A DNA stretch of 43,923 bases, from positions 1 through 43,923 of IMG/VR virus record IMGVR_UViG_3300002164_000001. One strand, written 5' to 3'. A model generated the notes under the pieces. It saw only the letters and a program-made list of their open reading frames with translations. It ran no database searches and was not told the DNA's origin. The position numbers and the translations under genes are program-made. Every line of letters begins with the position of its first letter. The stretch's first letter is position 1. Source of the DNA: a virus. Of the stretch, positions 1-8,491 are shown piece by piece.

Positions 1-154
1 AGGTTGTTCTCTCTATATTCTTTATTTTTAGGGTATTATATTTTTATAATTTTTTTTTTATTATTTTAACTTAATTACTTAATAACTTATAGTAATCTTG
101 AACTTCTTGAACTGAACACAGTCAAACCCTTGTGGGATAACTCTTTCAATCGGT

Positions 155-616
155 TCAAGGTATGTTAATCCATCTTGAACCATCTTGAACCATCACGTCT
201 TGATCTATTCTTAATTGGATCAGTTCTTCATGAAATCCATAAATCATTGCAAGTTGACCAGTAGTTAATTCCTTATATTCTTTCAAGTCTTCATCACTAA
301 TAAGTAAATTCACAGCAAATTTATTTGCTTCAATTTCAAGTTTATTGACTGATAAATAAGTCTTTTCCCTTAAAAAAGGGGTGTTTGACTTTGGGTGTAA
401 TAAAGCATGACCAAGTTCATGGGCAGCAGTGAATAATTTTTTATAATCAGGAAGGTTACAGTTGATATGGATGAATTTTTGTCTAAATGCAGTGTTGTAA
501 TATCCATTGATACTTCCAAGATCTTCAAACAAAACAATAATTCCAAGATTATCAGCAATATCATAAGGATTTCTTGTCTTATGCTTTTTAATTAACTTTG
601 AAATAATCTCCTTCAT
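155..616 (-). CDS. ImmA/IrrE-family zinc metallopeptidase (anti-repressor protease of the immunity module)
   Basis: HExxH motif in AAHELGHALLH. About 150 aa and lies directly downstream of an XRE repressor in the same operon, the classic ImmR/ImmA arrangement. The 3' end overlaps GTTCAAG-type sites. Confidence 0.85.
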   Translation of the reverse strand: MKEIISKLIKKHKTRNPYDIADNLGIIVLFEDLGSINGYYNTAFRQKFIHINCNLPDYKKLFTAAHELGHALLHPKSNTPFLREKTYLSVNKLEIEANKFAVNLLISDEDLKEYKELTTGQLAMIYGFHEELIQLRIDQDVMVQDGSRWINIP

Positions 617-639
617 ATCAATATACCCCCTCTTAAATG

Positions 640-1092
640 TTATTTCTTATACTTGTTTGGAGTATATTTCTTTGCAATCATCTTCCCCATCTTCAAACTA
701 TTCAAAAGACTTGCTTTCAAAAGTTCCCTCGTTTCATCATCTAAAATTTCACCATCAAACATTAAAGCTTCTTGATTACTATCAAGTTGTTCCAATAAGA
801 AATTCATTGTGGTAGCAATATCTTTTTTATCCCTATTTGAAAAATCTTCATATCTTTCAACATCCAATGCAAGTTTCTTTTCATCAGGAATACATCTGAA
901 CTTTGTTTTACCAAGTAACCAATCAACTGAAACATGAAAATAATCTGCAACCTTAGATAATTTATCAGTGCTTGGTGAACTTTTATTCCACTTGTATAAT
1001 GTTCCCCTTCCAAAATCAAGTTCTGTTTCAAGTTTTGATACTGTTATATTTTTTTCTTCACATAACAACTGAATTTTTTCCAGTATGTTCAT
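640..1092 (-). CDS. XRE-family HTH repressor (CI/ImmR-like)
   Basis: N-terminal HTH_3-like segment (ITVSKLETELDFGRGTLYKWNK). Divergent from a Cro-like gene and paired with ImmA. Confidence 0.85.
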   Translation of the reverse strand: MNILEKIQLLCEEKNITVSKLETELDFGRGTLYKWNKSSPSTDKLSKVADYFHVSVDWLLGKTKFRCIPDEKKLALDVERYEDFSNRDKKDIATTMNFLLEQLDSNQEALMFDGEILDDETRELLKASLLNSLKMGKMIAKKYTPNKYKK

Positions 1093-1118
1093 AGCTTTGC
1101 CCTCCTTAAAAAATATTT

Positions 1119-1298
1119 CTGAAAATATTCAGCAAAAACTATTGACATACTGAATTAAATCAGTATAATATAATTATAGCTGAAATAATTCAGCAAATCA
1201 AGAACACCACTGAATACTTTCTTTATAATTGTAGTGAGATACTATTATAATAGATTATTTTCAGTAGTTTGTCAATGAATTTTGCTGAATTATTTCAA
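1119..1298. promoter_or_regulatory. Operator array of the genetic switch: 14-bp palindromes CTGAA-N4-TTCAG
   Basis: ctgaaaatattcag at 1119-1132 and ctgaaataattcag at 1180-1193 are perfect. ctgaattaaatcag at 1150-1163 and ctgaattatttcaa at 1285-1298 have one mismatch each. All lie in the repressor/cro intergenic region. Confidence 0.7.
1142..1169 (+). promoter_or_regulatory. Sigma-70-type rightward early promoter (TTGACA-16 bp-TATAAT) with an operator in the spacer
   Basis: ttgaca at 1142-1147 and tataat at 1164-1169. The imperfect operator 1150-1163 fills the spacer. Confidence 0.6.
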
Positions 1299-1350
1299 CA
1301 AATAATCTTTCTTTATTCGACAAAATGTTAGAAAGGGGTGCAAAGAATTA

Positions 1351-1536
1351 ATGAATGAGTTTGAAAAGACAGTAAGAAAGGCATTGATTGACAGGGATAT
1401 GAAACTTACTGACTTGGCTGATGCTATTGGAATAAGTCTAACTTATTTATATGACATTCTAAATGGTAACAGAAAAGCAGAGCATCAGAAGAAAAAAATT
1501 ATTGAAATTCTTGAACTTCAAGAAGATTTTGATTAA
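1351..1536 (+). CDS. Cro-like small XRE HTH regulator
   Basis: 61 aa with an HTH segment (MKLTDLADAIGISLTYLYDILNG). First gene of the rightward operon, preceded by the RBS gaaagggg. Confidence 0.75.
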   Translation: MNEFEKTVRKALIDRDMKLTDLADAIGISLTYLYDILNGNRKAEHQKKKIIEILELQEDFD

Positions 1537-1550
1537 GAAAGGATGATGTA

Positions 1551-1724
1551 ATGAAAAAAATCTTGTTTGCATGGATCGAACAGATAATTCAGTTTGATTC
1601 AGCAGAGGAAAGACAGGACTTTATTAACAAGACAAAAGGTATAAAGGTTGTTGAATCCTTTGAAGAAGATGGAAAATACAACCTTCATGTTAAAAGACCT
1701 TACAACAATAACAAAATGAAATAG
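1551..1724 (+). CDS. Hypothetical small protein (57 aa, below the ORF-track cutoff)
   Basis: ATG at 1551 preceded by aaaggatgatg. Open frame to TAG at 1722-1724, and it fills an otherwise empty gap. Confidence 0.5.
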   Translation: MKKILFAWIEQIIQFDSAEERQDFINKTKGIKVVESFEEDGKYNLHVKRPYNNNKMK

Positions 1725-1739
1725 AAAGGATGGTTAAGT

Positions 1740-2138
1740 ATGAGTTTTGCAGCTAATTTGAAAAAGGCAATGGATGAAAGAAATATGTCACAAACAGATC
1801 TTTCAGCTTTAACTGGAATTGGTAAATCTTCAATTAGTCAATATTTATCAGGAAAGAATGAACCAAATGAAAAAAGAAAAGAAAAAATTGCAGATGCACT
1901 TGAATATTCAGTTGCTTTCTTAAACGGATTGACAAGTTGCAGTGATCCAACAACTGATATAAATGGTTTTAAGAATGTTCCAGTAAAAATTGCAGCAGAA
2001 AAGCTTGGTAAATCAGAACAATTCATTAGAGTTGGACTTCAAAGAAATAGATTACCATTTGGAACAGCAGTAAAACTTTCATCAAGGTTTAGTTATCATA
2101 TTTCACCAAAACTTCTTAATGAATATATTGGTGGATAA
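1740..2138 (+). CDS. XRE-family HTH DNA-binding protein with a C-terminal extension
   Basis: HTH_3-like N-terminus (MSQTDLSALTGIGKSSISQYLSGKNEP). Confidence 0.75.
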   Translation: MSFAANLKKAMDERNMSQTDLSALTGIGKSSISQYLSGKNEPNEKRKEKIADALEYSVAFLNGLTSCSDPTTDINGFKNVPVKIAAEKLGKSEQFIRVGLQRNRLPFGTAVKLSSRFSYHISPKLLNEYIGG

Positions 2139-2751
2139 AAAGAAAAGCACCAAGGAAATTGCAGTTTCCAATGGTGCAAATGGAAAAATATACTTGCCTA
2201 AATTATATGTGAATGGATGTGAAAAATCAATGATTAGACTTACTAAATTATCAAAAGCTTTGAAAAATGTTGGATATACTGCATGGATCAAGAAAAATCA
2301 TCATGATTATATTTTATCTGATCACTTTATCTTGAAAACTAATCAAGACATTAAAGGAAGTGCATTAACAAAATTAATATCATTACTTGGAACAGTACCA
2401 AATGAAGATCAAGGTATTCAAAATAGACACAATCACATAAACGAAATGACAGAAGATGAAATAAATAGATGGCTTGATCTTCTTAAAGGTAAAGATGCAA
2501 AATCAATTTATTTTACTAACTTAATTCACCAAACAGATAAAGAATTATTTTCTATATTCAAAGGTGAAAAAGATTATATCTTCCTTAATAAGATTTATGT
2601 TGATTTGATTGACTTGTATGAAGAAAACATTGAAATACGTGGAACAAAAGGGGTTTCACCCACTTACTTTTATAAAGATGATGAAGAATTAATGATTTTA
2701 CCAGTGAGATTGAGAGAAGAACCATTTTACTTGAAAGGTGATGACAAATGA
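2119..2751 (+). CDS. Hypothetical early protein
   Basis: 210-aa ORF, tightly packed and overlapping its neighbours. No motif recognised. Confidence 0.6.
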   Translation: MNILVDKKKSTKEIAVSNGANGKIYLPKLYVNGCEKSMIRLTKLSKALKNVGYTAWIKKNHHDYILSDHFILKTNQDIKGSALTKLISLLGTVPNEDQGIQNRHNHINEMTEDEINRWLDLLKGKDAKSIYFTNLIHQTDKELFSIFKGEKDYIFLNKIYVDLIDLYEENIEIRGTKGVSPTYFYKDDEELMILPVRLREEPFYLKGDDK

Positions 2752-4094
2752 TCCAATTGTACCCACACCAGGAACAATCTTTAAAAGAAACTGAAAAATT
2801 TAATAGGGTTGCTTATTATCTGGACATGGGTCTTGGAAAAACATTTGTTGGTTCTGAAAAAATGAAGCAGCTTGATGAACACATCAATCTTGTAGTTTGT
2901 CAGAAGTCGTTAATTCAAACATGGATTGATCACTTCAAAACATATTACAAAGTTTGGGTGTATAACTTGACAGATAAAAATGAACTTCAATCATTCAAGC
3001 ACCATGTGGAAAATAAACCACCATTCCCATTGGTTGGAATCATAAATTATGATCTGATATTCAGAAGAAAGTTCTTCCTTCAATTAGAGAATTACACTCT
3101 GATGTTGGATGAAAGTTCAATGATTCAGAATGAAAAGGCTAAAAGGTCAAAATTTATTCTTCAAATGAAACCTGATAATGTGATACTTCTTTCAGGAACA
3201 CCAACATCAGGAAAATATGAAAACCTATGGTCACAAATTAATTTACTTGGGTGGAATATCAGTAATGACTTATATAACAAGCAATATGTGAACTGGAAGA
3301 AGATTGAAGTTGGTGGGTTTCCAATGAAGATTGTTGATAAAGATGAACCTTATAAAAATATTGATAGGTTGAAACAAAAGCTTCGTGATCATGGTGCAAT
3401 ATTCATGAAGACTGATGAAGTGGTTGATCTTCCTGAACAAACCTTCATTACTATAAATATACCTACAACAAAGGAATATAGGAAGTTTCAAAGGACTTCA
3501 ATTATCACCATAGACACAAAGAACCTGACTGAATTCAAAGATGACAATGATTTTTATGGTAAATCAAATACTTCAAACAATGTTGAATTGATCGGTGATA
3601 CTACATTAACTAAAAGGTTATATTCCAGGATGCTTTGTGGTCAATACAACAAGGACAAGTTGAAAGCTTTTGAAGACCTGGCATCTAGTACACAGGATAG
3701 ATTGATTGTATTTTATAACTTCAATGAAGAACTTGCAGCATTAAGAAAGATTGCCCAAAAGTTGGACAGACCTATTTCAGAAGTAAATGGTCAAGTTAAA
3801 GATCTAACTAATTATGAAAATGAAAATAATTCAATTACTTTAATTCAGTATCAAGCAGGGGCAATGGGTTTGAACCTTCAAAAATCAAACAAGATTATTT
3901 ACTTCACCCTTACTGAAAAAAGTGAATTATTTGAACAAAGTAAGAAGAGGATTCACAGGATAGGACAGAACAATAATTGTTTGTATTATCTGCTGATATG
4001 TAAAGGAAGTATTGAAGAAGACATTCTTCAAACTTTAGAAATGAGAAAGGACTATACAGATGAACTATTCAAGGAATATATCCAAAAGAAATAA
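2748..4094 (+). CDS. SNF2/DEAD-like superfamily-2 helicase
   Basis: Motif I GLGKT, motif II DESS, motif III SGTP, and motif VI QSKKRIHRIGQ. Confidence 0.85.
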   Translation: MIQLYPHQEQSLKETEKFNRVAYYLDMGLGKTFVGSEKMKQLDEHINLVVCQKSLIQTWIDHFKTYYKVWVYNLTDKNELQSFKHHVENKPPFPLVGIINYDLIFRRKFFLQLENYTLMLDESSMIQNEKAKRSKFILQMKPDNVILLSGTPTSGKYENLWSQINLLGWNISNDLYNKQYVNWKKIEVGGFPMKIVDKDEPYKNIDRLKQKLRDHGAIFMKTDEVVDLPEQTFITINIPTTKEYRKFQRTSIITIDTKNLTEFKDDNDFYGKSNTSNNVELIGDTTLTKRLYSRMLCGQYNKDKLKAFEDLASSTQDRLIVFYNFNEELAALRKIAQKLDRPISEVNGQVKDLTNYENENNSITLIQYQAGAMGLNLQKSNKIIYFTLTEKSELFEQSKKRIHRIGQNNNCLYYLLICKGSIEEDILQTLEMRKDYTDELFKEYIQKK

Positions 4095-4749
4095 GAGATT
4101 TAGGAACATCATGATTTCATGGGTAATTGTTTTGGCAATAGGATTTTTAAGTGGTTTTAGTATAGGTAAACTTAGAAAAGCTGACACAAATGAAGTTGTT
4201 GGAACACTGGTACATTTTAGTGAAGTTGAACCTTATGGAACTATTGATGGAAAAACATTCAGTTGGGGTTTGACTAAAGAATGGACAAGTGGTGCTGAAC
4301 TTGGATTCATTCCCCTTGAAATTGAAATGGATGAAGAACTTCAAGAATTTATTTACTGCTTATCTTATGGTTACAACATAGATTATGCGTTTGTAATGGG
4401 ATTGATTGAAGCAGAAAGCACCTATCAAGTTGATGTAATTAGTTCAACCAATGATTATGGGTTAATGCAGATTAACACTATCAACCATGAATGGCTTACA
4501 GAAAAAATTGGGGTTACAGATTTTCTTGATCCCTACCAAAATATCAGATCGGGAATTTACATACTACGAAACCTATTTGAAAAGTATGAAGATCCTGAAA
4601 AAGTATTGATGGCTTATAACATGGGTGAAACTGGTGCAAAAAGGCTTTGGGATAATGGAATTTATGAAACTAATTACACTAACAAAGTTATTAAAAACAT
4701 CATGGAAATAAAAAATTATATTGATGAAAGGATGGAAAATTATGAGTAA
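4060..4749 (+). CDS. Membrane-anchored lytic transglycosylase (SLT domain)
   Basis: Catalytic-region signature EAESTY...DYGLMQIN...AYNMG and an N-terminal TM segment (ISWVIVLAIGFLSGF). The true start may be the ATG near 4110. Confidence 0.8.
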   Translation: MNYSRNISKRNKRFRNIMISWVIVLAIGFLSGFSIGKLRKADTNEVVGTLVHFSEVEPYGTIDGKTFSWGLTKEWTSGAELGFIPLEIEMDEELQEFIYCLSYGYNIDYAFVMGLIEAESTYQVDVISSTNDYGLMQINTINHEWLTEKIGVTDFLDPYQNIRSGIYILRNLFEKYEDPEKVLMAYNMGETGAKRLWDNGIYETNYTNKVIKNIMEIKNYIDERMENYE

Positions 4750-5065
4750 TCAAAACCAAGTTCAAGTATTTGAACAGCAACACATGCAAGTATTTAAGAA
4801 GTTAGCTGACATTACCAAACAGAAGAAACTTATTGAAGAACAGGAAAAGAAGGTTAAAACTGACCTTGAAAAAGCAATGGATGCGTATGACATTAAATCA
4901 ATTGACAATCAGTATATCAGGATCACCAGGGTTAATGGTAGCACTTCCACTTCAATTGATTGGAAAACAATGCAAAAGGAAGAACCAAAGTTATATGCTG
5001 AACTGCTTGAAGATTATCCAAAGGTAACTACCAGGAAACCATCCATAAGATTTCAGGTGAAGTAA
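4721..5065 (+). CDS. Hypothetical protein (coiled-coil N-terminus)
   Basis: ORF in the recombination module. The likely real start is the ATG at 4742 (MSNQNQ...). Confidence 0.55.
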   Translation: MMKGWKIMSNQNQVQVFEQQHMQVFKKLADITKQKKLIEEQEKKVKTDLEKAMDAYDIKSIDNQYIRITRVNGSTSTSIDWKTMQKEEPKLYAELLEDYPKVTTRKPSIRFQVK

Positions 5066-5482
5066 TTGACATCAGAAAAGCTGTTTGAAAAGAAGGTTGA
5101 AAAATATCTTCATTCGATCGGTATTTATCAAGCAGGTACACCTTCCCACAGAATGGCTGAAAAGCAAATTGGATGGTTCACAAAAATATGGGGTGGTGGT
5201 TATCAGAAATCAGGTATTCCTGACTTGATCCTTTGTGTAAATGGAATTTTCATCACAGTTGAACTGAAAGGTAGCAAAGGAAGACCATCTGACCTTCAAA
5301 AGATGAATACTGCAAGAATTAATCAATCGAACGGAATAGGGGTTATTCTTTATCCTGATGGTTTTGAACAATTTAAGAAGATTATAGAGGGGGTGACAAG
5401 TTGCAAGTATCACATTCAAGAATTGACCAATTTAAGAAATGCCCATTCAAATACAAAATGCGTTATATTGATGGACTATTAA
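5066..5482 (+). CDS. VRR-NUC-type PD-(D/E)XK nuclease
   Basis: Motif GIPDLILCVNGIFITVELKGSKG (D...ExK). TTG start. Overlaps the next gene by about 80 nt. Confidence 0.7.
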   Translation: MTSEKLFEKKVEKYLHSIGIYQAGTPSHRMAEKQIGWFTKIWGGGYQKSGIPDLILCVNGIFITVELKGSKGRPSDLQKMNTARINQSNGIGVILYPDGFEQFKKIIEGVTSCKYHIQELTNLRNAHSNTKCVILMDY

Positions 5483-7308
5483 CACTACCAACAGATCAAG
5501 CAAACCATCCATTAATAATTGGAACAGCATTGCATACTGGACTTGAAAAGGGTGTTGAAGCAGCAATTAATGAATATTATATGTCTTATCCAATTATTAC
5601 AGATAGACATATTGAAGAAGCAATGAAACTTGAAAAATTAATACCAAAAGCTGCAGCAATAATTCCACAGGGTGAATTTGAAACTATGATTAGGAACAGA
5701 CATTTTATTGGGTTTATTGACCTTCTTGTACCTGCAACAGTATTCAAAAGAGGGGTTGAAGTTCCAAATCAATATGATCTGTATGACTTCAAATATTCCA
5801 ATAATGTTTCTAACTATAAGAGGTCACAGCAACTTCACCTATATAAATACTTTTGGGAAAAAGATAACCCTGGTAAGAAGATCAGGAACATGTACTTTTT
5901 GTTTGTACCAAAAACAAACATTAGACAGAAGAAAACAGAAGACCTACATCAATTTAGAAAAAGACTTGAAAGCGAATTGGACAACCTTGAACCAAACTTG
6001 GTTCAAATCGAATATGATTCTTCAAAAGTAATTGAATTCATGATTAATGTGAAAGAACTACTGGAAGCAAAAGATTTCCCAAAATGTGAAAGTTATCTAT
6101 GTAACTTTTGTGAGTATCAAAAATATTGTCAAGAAGGAGAAGATTATATGTTATTACCTAAAAATGAAAGAAGAAATATTGAGAAGATCGAAAAGAAAGT
6201 TCTTTGGTTATATGGTTCACCATTCAGTGGAAAGACAACTTTTGCAAATAGATTTCCTGATCCACTAATGCTGAACACTGATGGAAATATTAAGTTTGTT
6301 GATGCACCTTATATTCCAATTAAGGATGAAGTTGAGTACACTGGCAGATTATCAAACAGAACATTTGCTTGGGAAAAATTCAAACAAGTTATTGCTGAAC
6401 TTGAAAAGAAAGACAATGATTTTAAGACTATTATTGTTGACCTACTTGAAGACACTTATGAACACTGCAGACTTTACATGTATGACCAAATGGGAATTAC
6501 ACATGAAAGTGATGATAGTTTCAGGGCATGGGATAAGGTTACAGTTGAATTCTTATCAACTTTGAAAAAACTTATGAATTTAGATTATGAAAATATTATT
6601 CTAATCAGTCATGAAGATACTTCAAAGGACTTCACCAAAAAAGGTGGGGATAAGATTACAGCAATAAAACCTAATCTTCGTGACAAGGTAGCACTTAAAG
6701 TTGCAGGTATGGTTGATATAGTTGCAAGGGTTGTTGCTGATGGTGAAATAAGAACCTTATCATTCAAGACCAATGAAGTAATCTTTGGTGGTGGCAGACT
6801 TAAAGCTTCTACAAATGAAATTCCACTTGATTATGATGAATTCTTAAAAATCTATGAAGAAGCAAACAGAAATGCAGTTGCAGAAATGAAAGGTGAAAGA
6901 CCATATATTACACCTTCAAATAAGACCACAGAGGGCAGAAAAAGGAGAAGTAAGAGAGAAACACCTTCTATCCCTAATGAAGCATCAGAAGATGAAAATA
7001 TGAGTTCTGACAATGATTCTGAACTGGTTATACCTGAAAACTTATCTTCATTAAAGGTTAGAGAATTAAGGACACTTGCAGAAGATTTGGGAATTGATAC
7101 AACAGATATGAAAAAACAAGATCTTATTGATGTAATTGAAGATTTAGAAAATAAGGAAAATGAAGAAGATGACCAGGATGAGTTAACTGATGAAAAACCA
7201 AGAACAAGAAGATCCAGGAATGAAGAACCTGATGAAGATGAAAGTGATGAAGTTGAACAAGAAGAACCAGGTACAAGGACAAGAAAAAGAAGAAAAAGGG
7301 GTGAGTAA
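5401..7308 (+). CDS. Fusion of a Cas4/RecB-like PD-(D/E)XK exonuclease, a Sak4-like (AAA_24) ATPase, and a SAP/Rho-N-like charged tail
   Basis: The N-terminus has one Cys (KKCPFKY), FIDLL and YDFKY nuclease motifs, and a C-x2-C-x5-C cluster (CNFCEYQKYC). The middle carries Walker A GSPFSGKTT. The C-terminus has LKVRELRTLAEDLGI followed by a long D/E/R/K-rich tail. Confidence 0.75.
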   Translation: MQVSHSRIDQFKKCPFKYKMRYIDGLLTLPTDQANHPLIIGTALHTGLEKGVEAAINEYYMSYPIITDRHIEEAMKLEKLIPKAAAIIPQGEFETMIRNRHFIGFIDLLVPATVFKRGVEVPNQYDLYDFKYSNNVSNYKRSQQLHLYKYFWEKDNPGKKIRNMYFLFVPKTNIRQKKTEDLHQFRKRLESELDNLEPNLVQIEYDSSKVIEFMINVKELLEAKDFPKCESYLCNFCEYQKYCQEGEDYMLLPKNERRNIEKIEKKVLWLYGSPFSGKTTFANRFPDPLMLNTDGNIKFVDAPYIPIKDEVEYTGRLSNRTFAWEKFKQVIAELEKKDNDFKTIIVDLLEDTYEHCRLYMYDQMGITHESDDSFRAWDKVTVEFLSTLKKLMNLDYENIILISHEDTSKDFTKKGGDKITAIKPNLRDKVALKVAGMVDIVARVVADGEIRTLSFKTNEVIFGGGRLKASTNEIPLDYDEFLKIYEEANRNAVAEMKGERPYITPSNKTTEGRKRRSKRETPSIPNEASEDENMSSDNDSELVIPENLSSLKVRELRTLAEDLGIDTTDMKKQDLIDVIEDLENKENEEDDQDELTDEKPRTRRSRNEEPDEDESDEVEQEEPGTRTRKRRKRGE

Positions 7309-7310
7309 AA

Positions 7311-7544
7311 TTGGATGAATTTATAAAGATGATAATGCAAGCTGCTGTTGATTCACAGAAACAAACCAATGGAACAGGTCAAAGACCAACTTCATTCGGT
7401 TCAATTAATGATGATTTTATTGTTAGATCGGTAAAAGAATCAGCAAAAGTAACTAAAATTTTATTTGATGAACATGTGAAAATTGGTTTTACAGAAGAAC
7501 AAGCTTTGAAAATTGTAACAAGCATTTTATCAAATAAAAGATAA
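7311..7544 (+). CDS. Hypothetical protein
   Basis: 77-aa ORF with a TTG start, packed within the operon. Confidence 0.5.
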   Translation: MDEFIKMIMQAAVDSQKQTNGTGQRPTSFGSINDDFIVRSVKESAKVTKILFDEHVKIGFTEEQALKIVTSILSNKR

Positions 7545-7566
7545 AAAGAAAGGTAAAGGTGAATAA

Positions 7567-7905
7567 ATGGCAGATGTAATTTCTTTGAAGGATGGTTCAG
7601 TTGAAACCCTCTTTGAACCAAAAGATTTTCAATATTTAGTTGAAAAGTATATGGGTTATGAAGCTGAAACATATTTTGAAAACTTAATTTCAAAATTACA
7701 AGAAGAAGTTGATGATGCCCTGAATAAAGAACAAAGTGACCTTAGAGCATATGAAGCATCACTTGAAAGTAATACAAGATGTTTCATTGATATTCAGGAA
7801 GTAATTGAAGAAATGGAATTGATCCTTGAAGCACCAAGGGTTGATAAAAAGAAACTGTTCAAACTAATTGAACAAATTCAATCAAAAATAAACAATCAAA
7901 TTTGA
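7567..7905 (+). CDS. Hypothetical acidic coiled-coil protein
   Basis: 112-aa ORF preceded by the RBS aaaggtaaaggtg. Confidence 0.6.
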   Translation: MADVISLKDGSVETLFEPKDFQYLVEKYMGYEAETYFENLISKLQEEVDDALNKEQSDLRAYEASLESNTRCFIDIQEVIEEMELILEAPRVDKKKLFKLIEQIQSKINNQI

Positions 7906-7922
7906 AAGGATGGTAAATTACT

Positions 7923-8378
7923 ATGGCAAATATTTGGGATAAGTTTGATCAAGCAATTGATACAAAGGGTTTACAGGATGATGTTAAGGAAGCAGCAGAA
8001 AATGGAACAGGTTCATTTAAGGAAGTTCCACATGGTGAATATGAAGTTGAAGTGAACAAAATGGAACTAATTGCATCCAAGAAGGGTGATCCAATGGTTA
8101 CGATTTGGTTCAAAGTTCTTGAAGGTGAATATAAAGGTAGTTTAATATTCATGAACCAGGTAATCACCCAAGGTTTCCAAATTCATATAGTCAATGAACT
8201 ACTTAGATCAATGGACACTGGACTTGACATTAAGTTTGAAACTTATAACCAATATGGGAACTTATTGATGGACATTGCAGAAGAAATTGATGGGCAACTT
8301 GAATTTGCTTTGAAGTATGGAAAAGGTAAAAAAGATTTTAGCACCTATGAAATTACAGATGTATTTGAAGTAGAATAA
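7923..8378 (+). CDS. DUF669-like putative ssDNA-binding protein (partner of Sak4-type recombinases)
   Basis: Size, position after the Sak4-like ATPase, and an N-terminal pattern (FKEVPHGEYEVEV...KGDPMV) that resembles DUF669 as I recall it. Confidence 0.55.
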   Translation: MANIWDKFDQAIDTKGLQDDVKEAAENGTGSFKEVPHGEYEVEVNKMELIASKKGDPMVTIWFKVLEGEYKGSLIFMNQVITQGFQIHIVNELLRSMDTGLDIKFETYNQYGNLLMDIAEEIDGQLEFALKYGKGKKDFSTYEITDVFEVE

Positions 8379-8388
8379 TCAACCAAGA

Positions 8389-8424
8389 AATTGGGGGTGC
8401 ATTATATTTTACATCCCCAATTTT
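8389..8424 (+). terminator. Rho-independent terminator
   Basis: 11-bp stem aattgggggtg / catccccaatt (one G-U pair), 12-nt loop, then tttt. Confidence 0.65.
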
Positions 8425-8491
8425 CCACCTACTTCCCCATTGTTAGTATTGACAATTCACTTGAAGTTCATACAGAAAGGATGTGAAATAA

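Larger units (their letters stand above)
1..1198. repeat. Exact direct duplicate of 42726-43923 (circular wrap-around / terminal redundancy of the assembly)
   Basis: The ORF track gives identical proteins at a constant offset of 42725 (155..616 = 42880..43341; 640..1092 = 43365..43817). The sequence read by eye is identical from base 1 to the end of the window. Confidence 0.95.

Noticed and set aside
6852-7369. Long minus-strand ORFs (162 aa and 81 aa, Ser/Leu-rich) opposite the 3' end of 5401..7308.
   Set aside because: They are shadow ORFs generated by the GAA/GAT-rich acidic-tail coding sequence on the + strand. They have low-complexity translations and no RBS.
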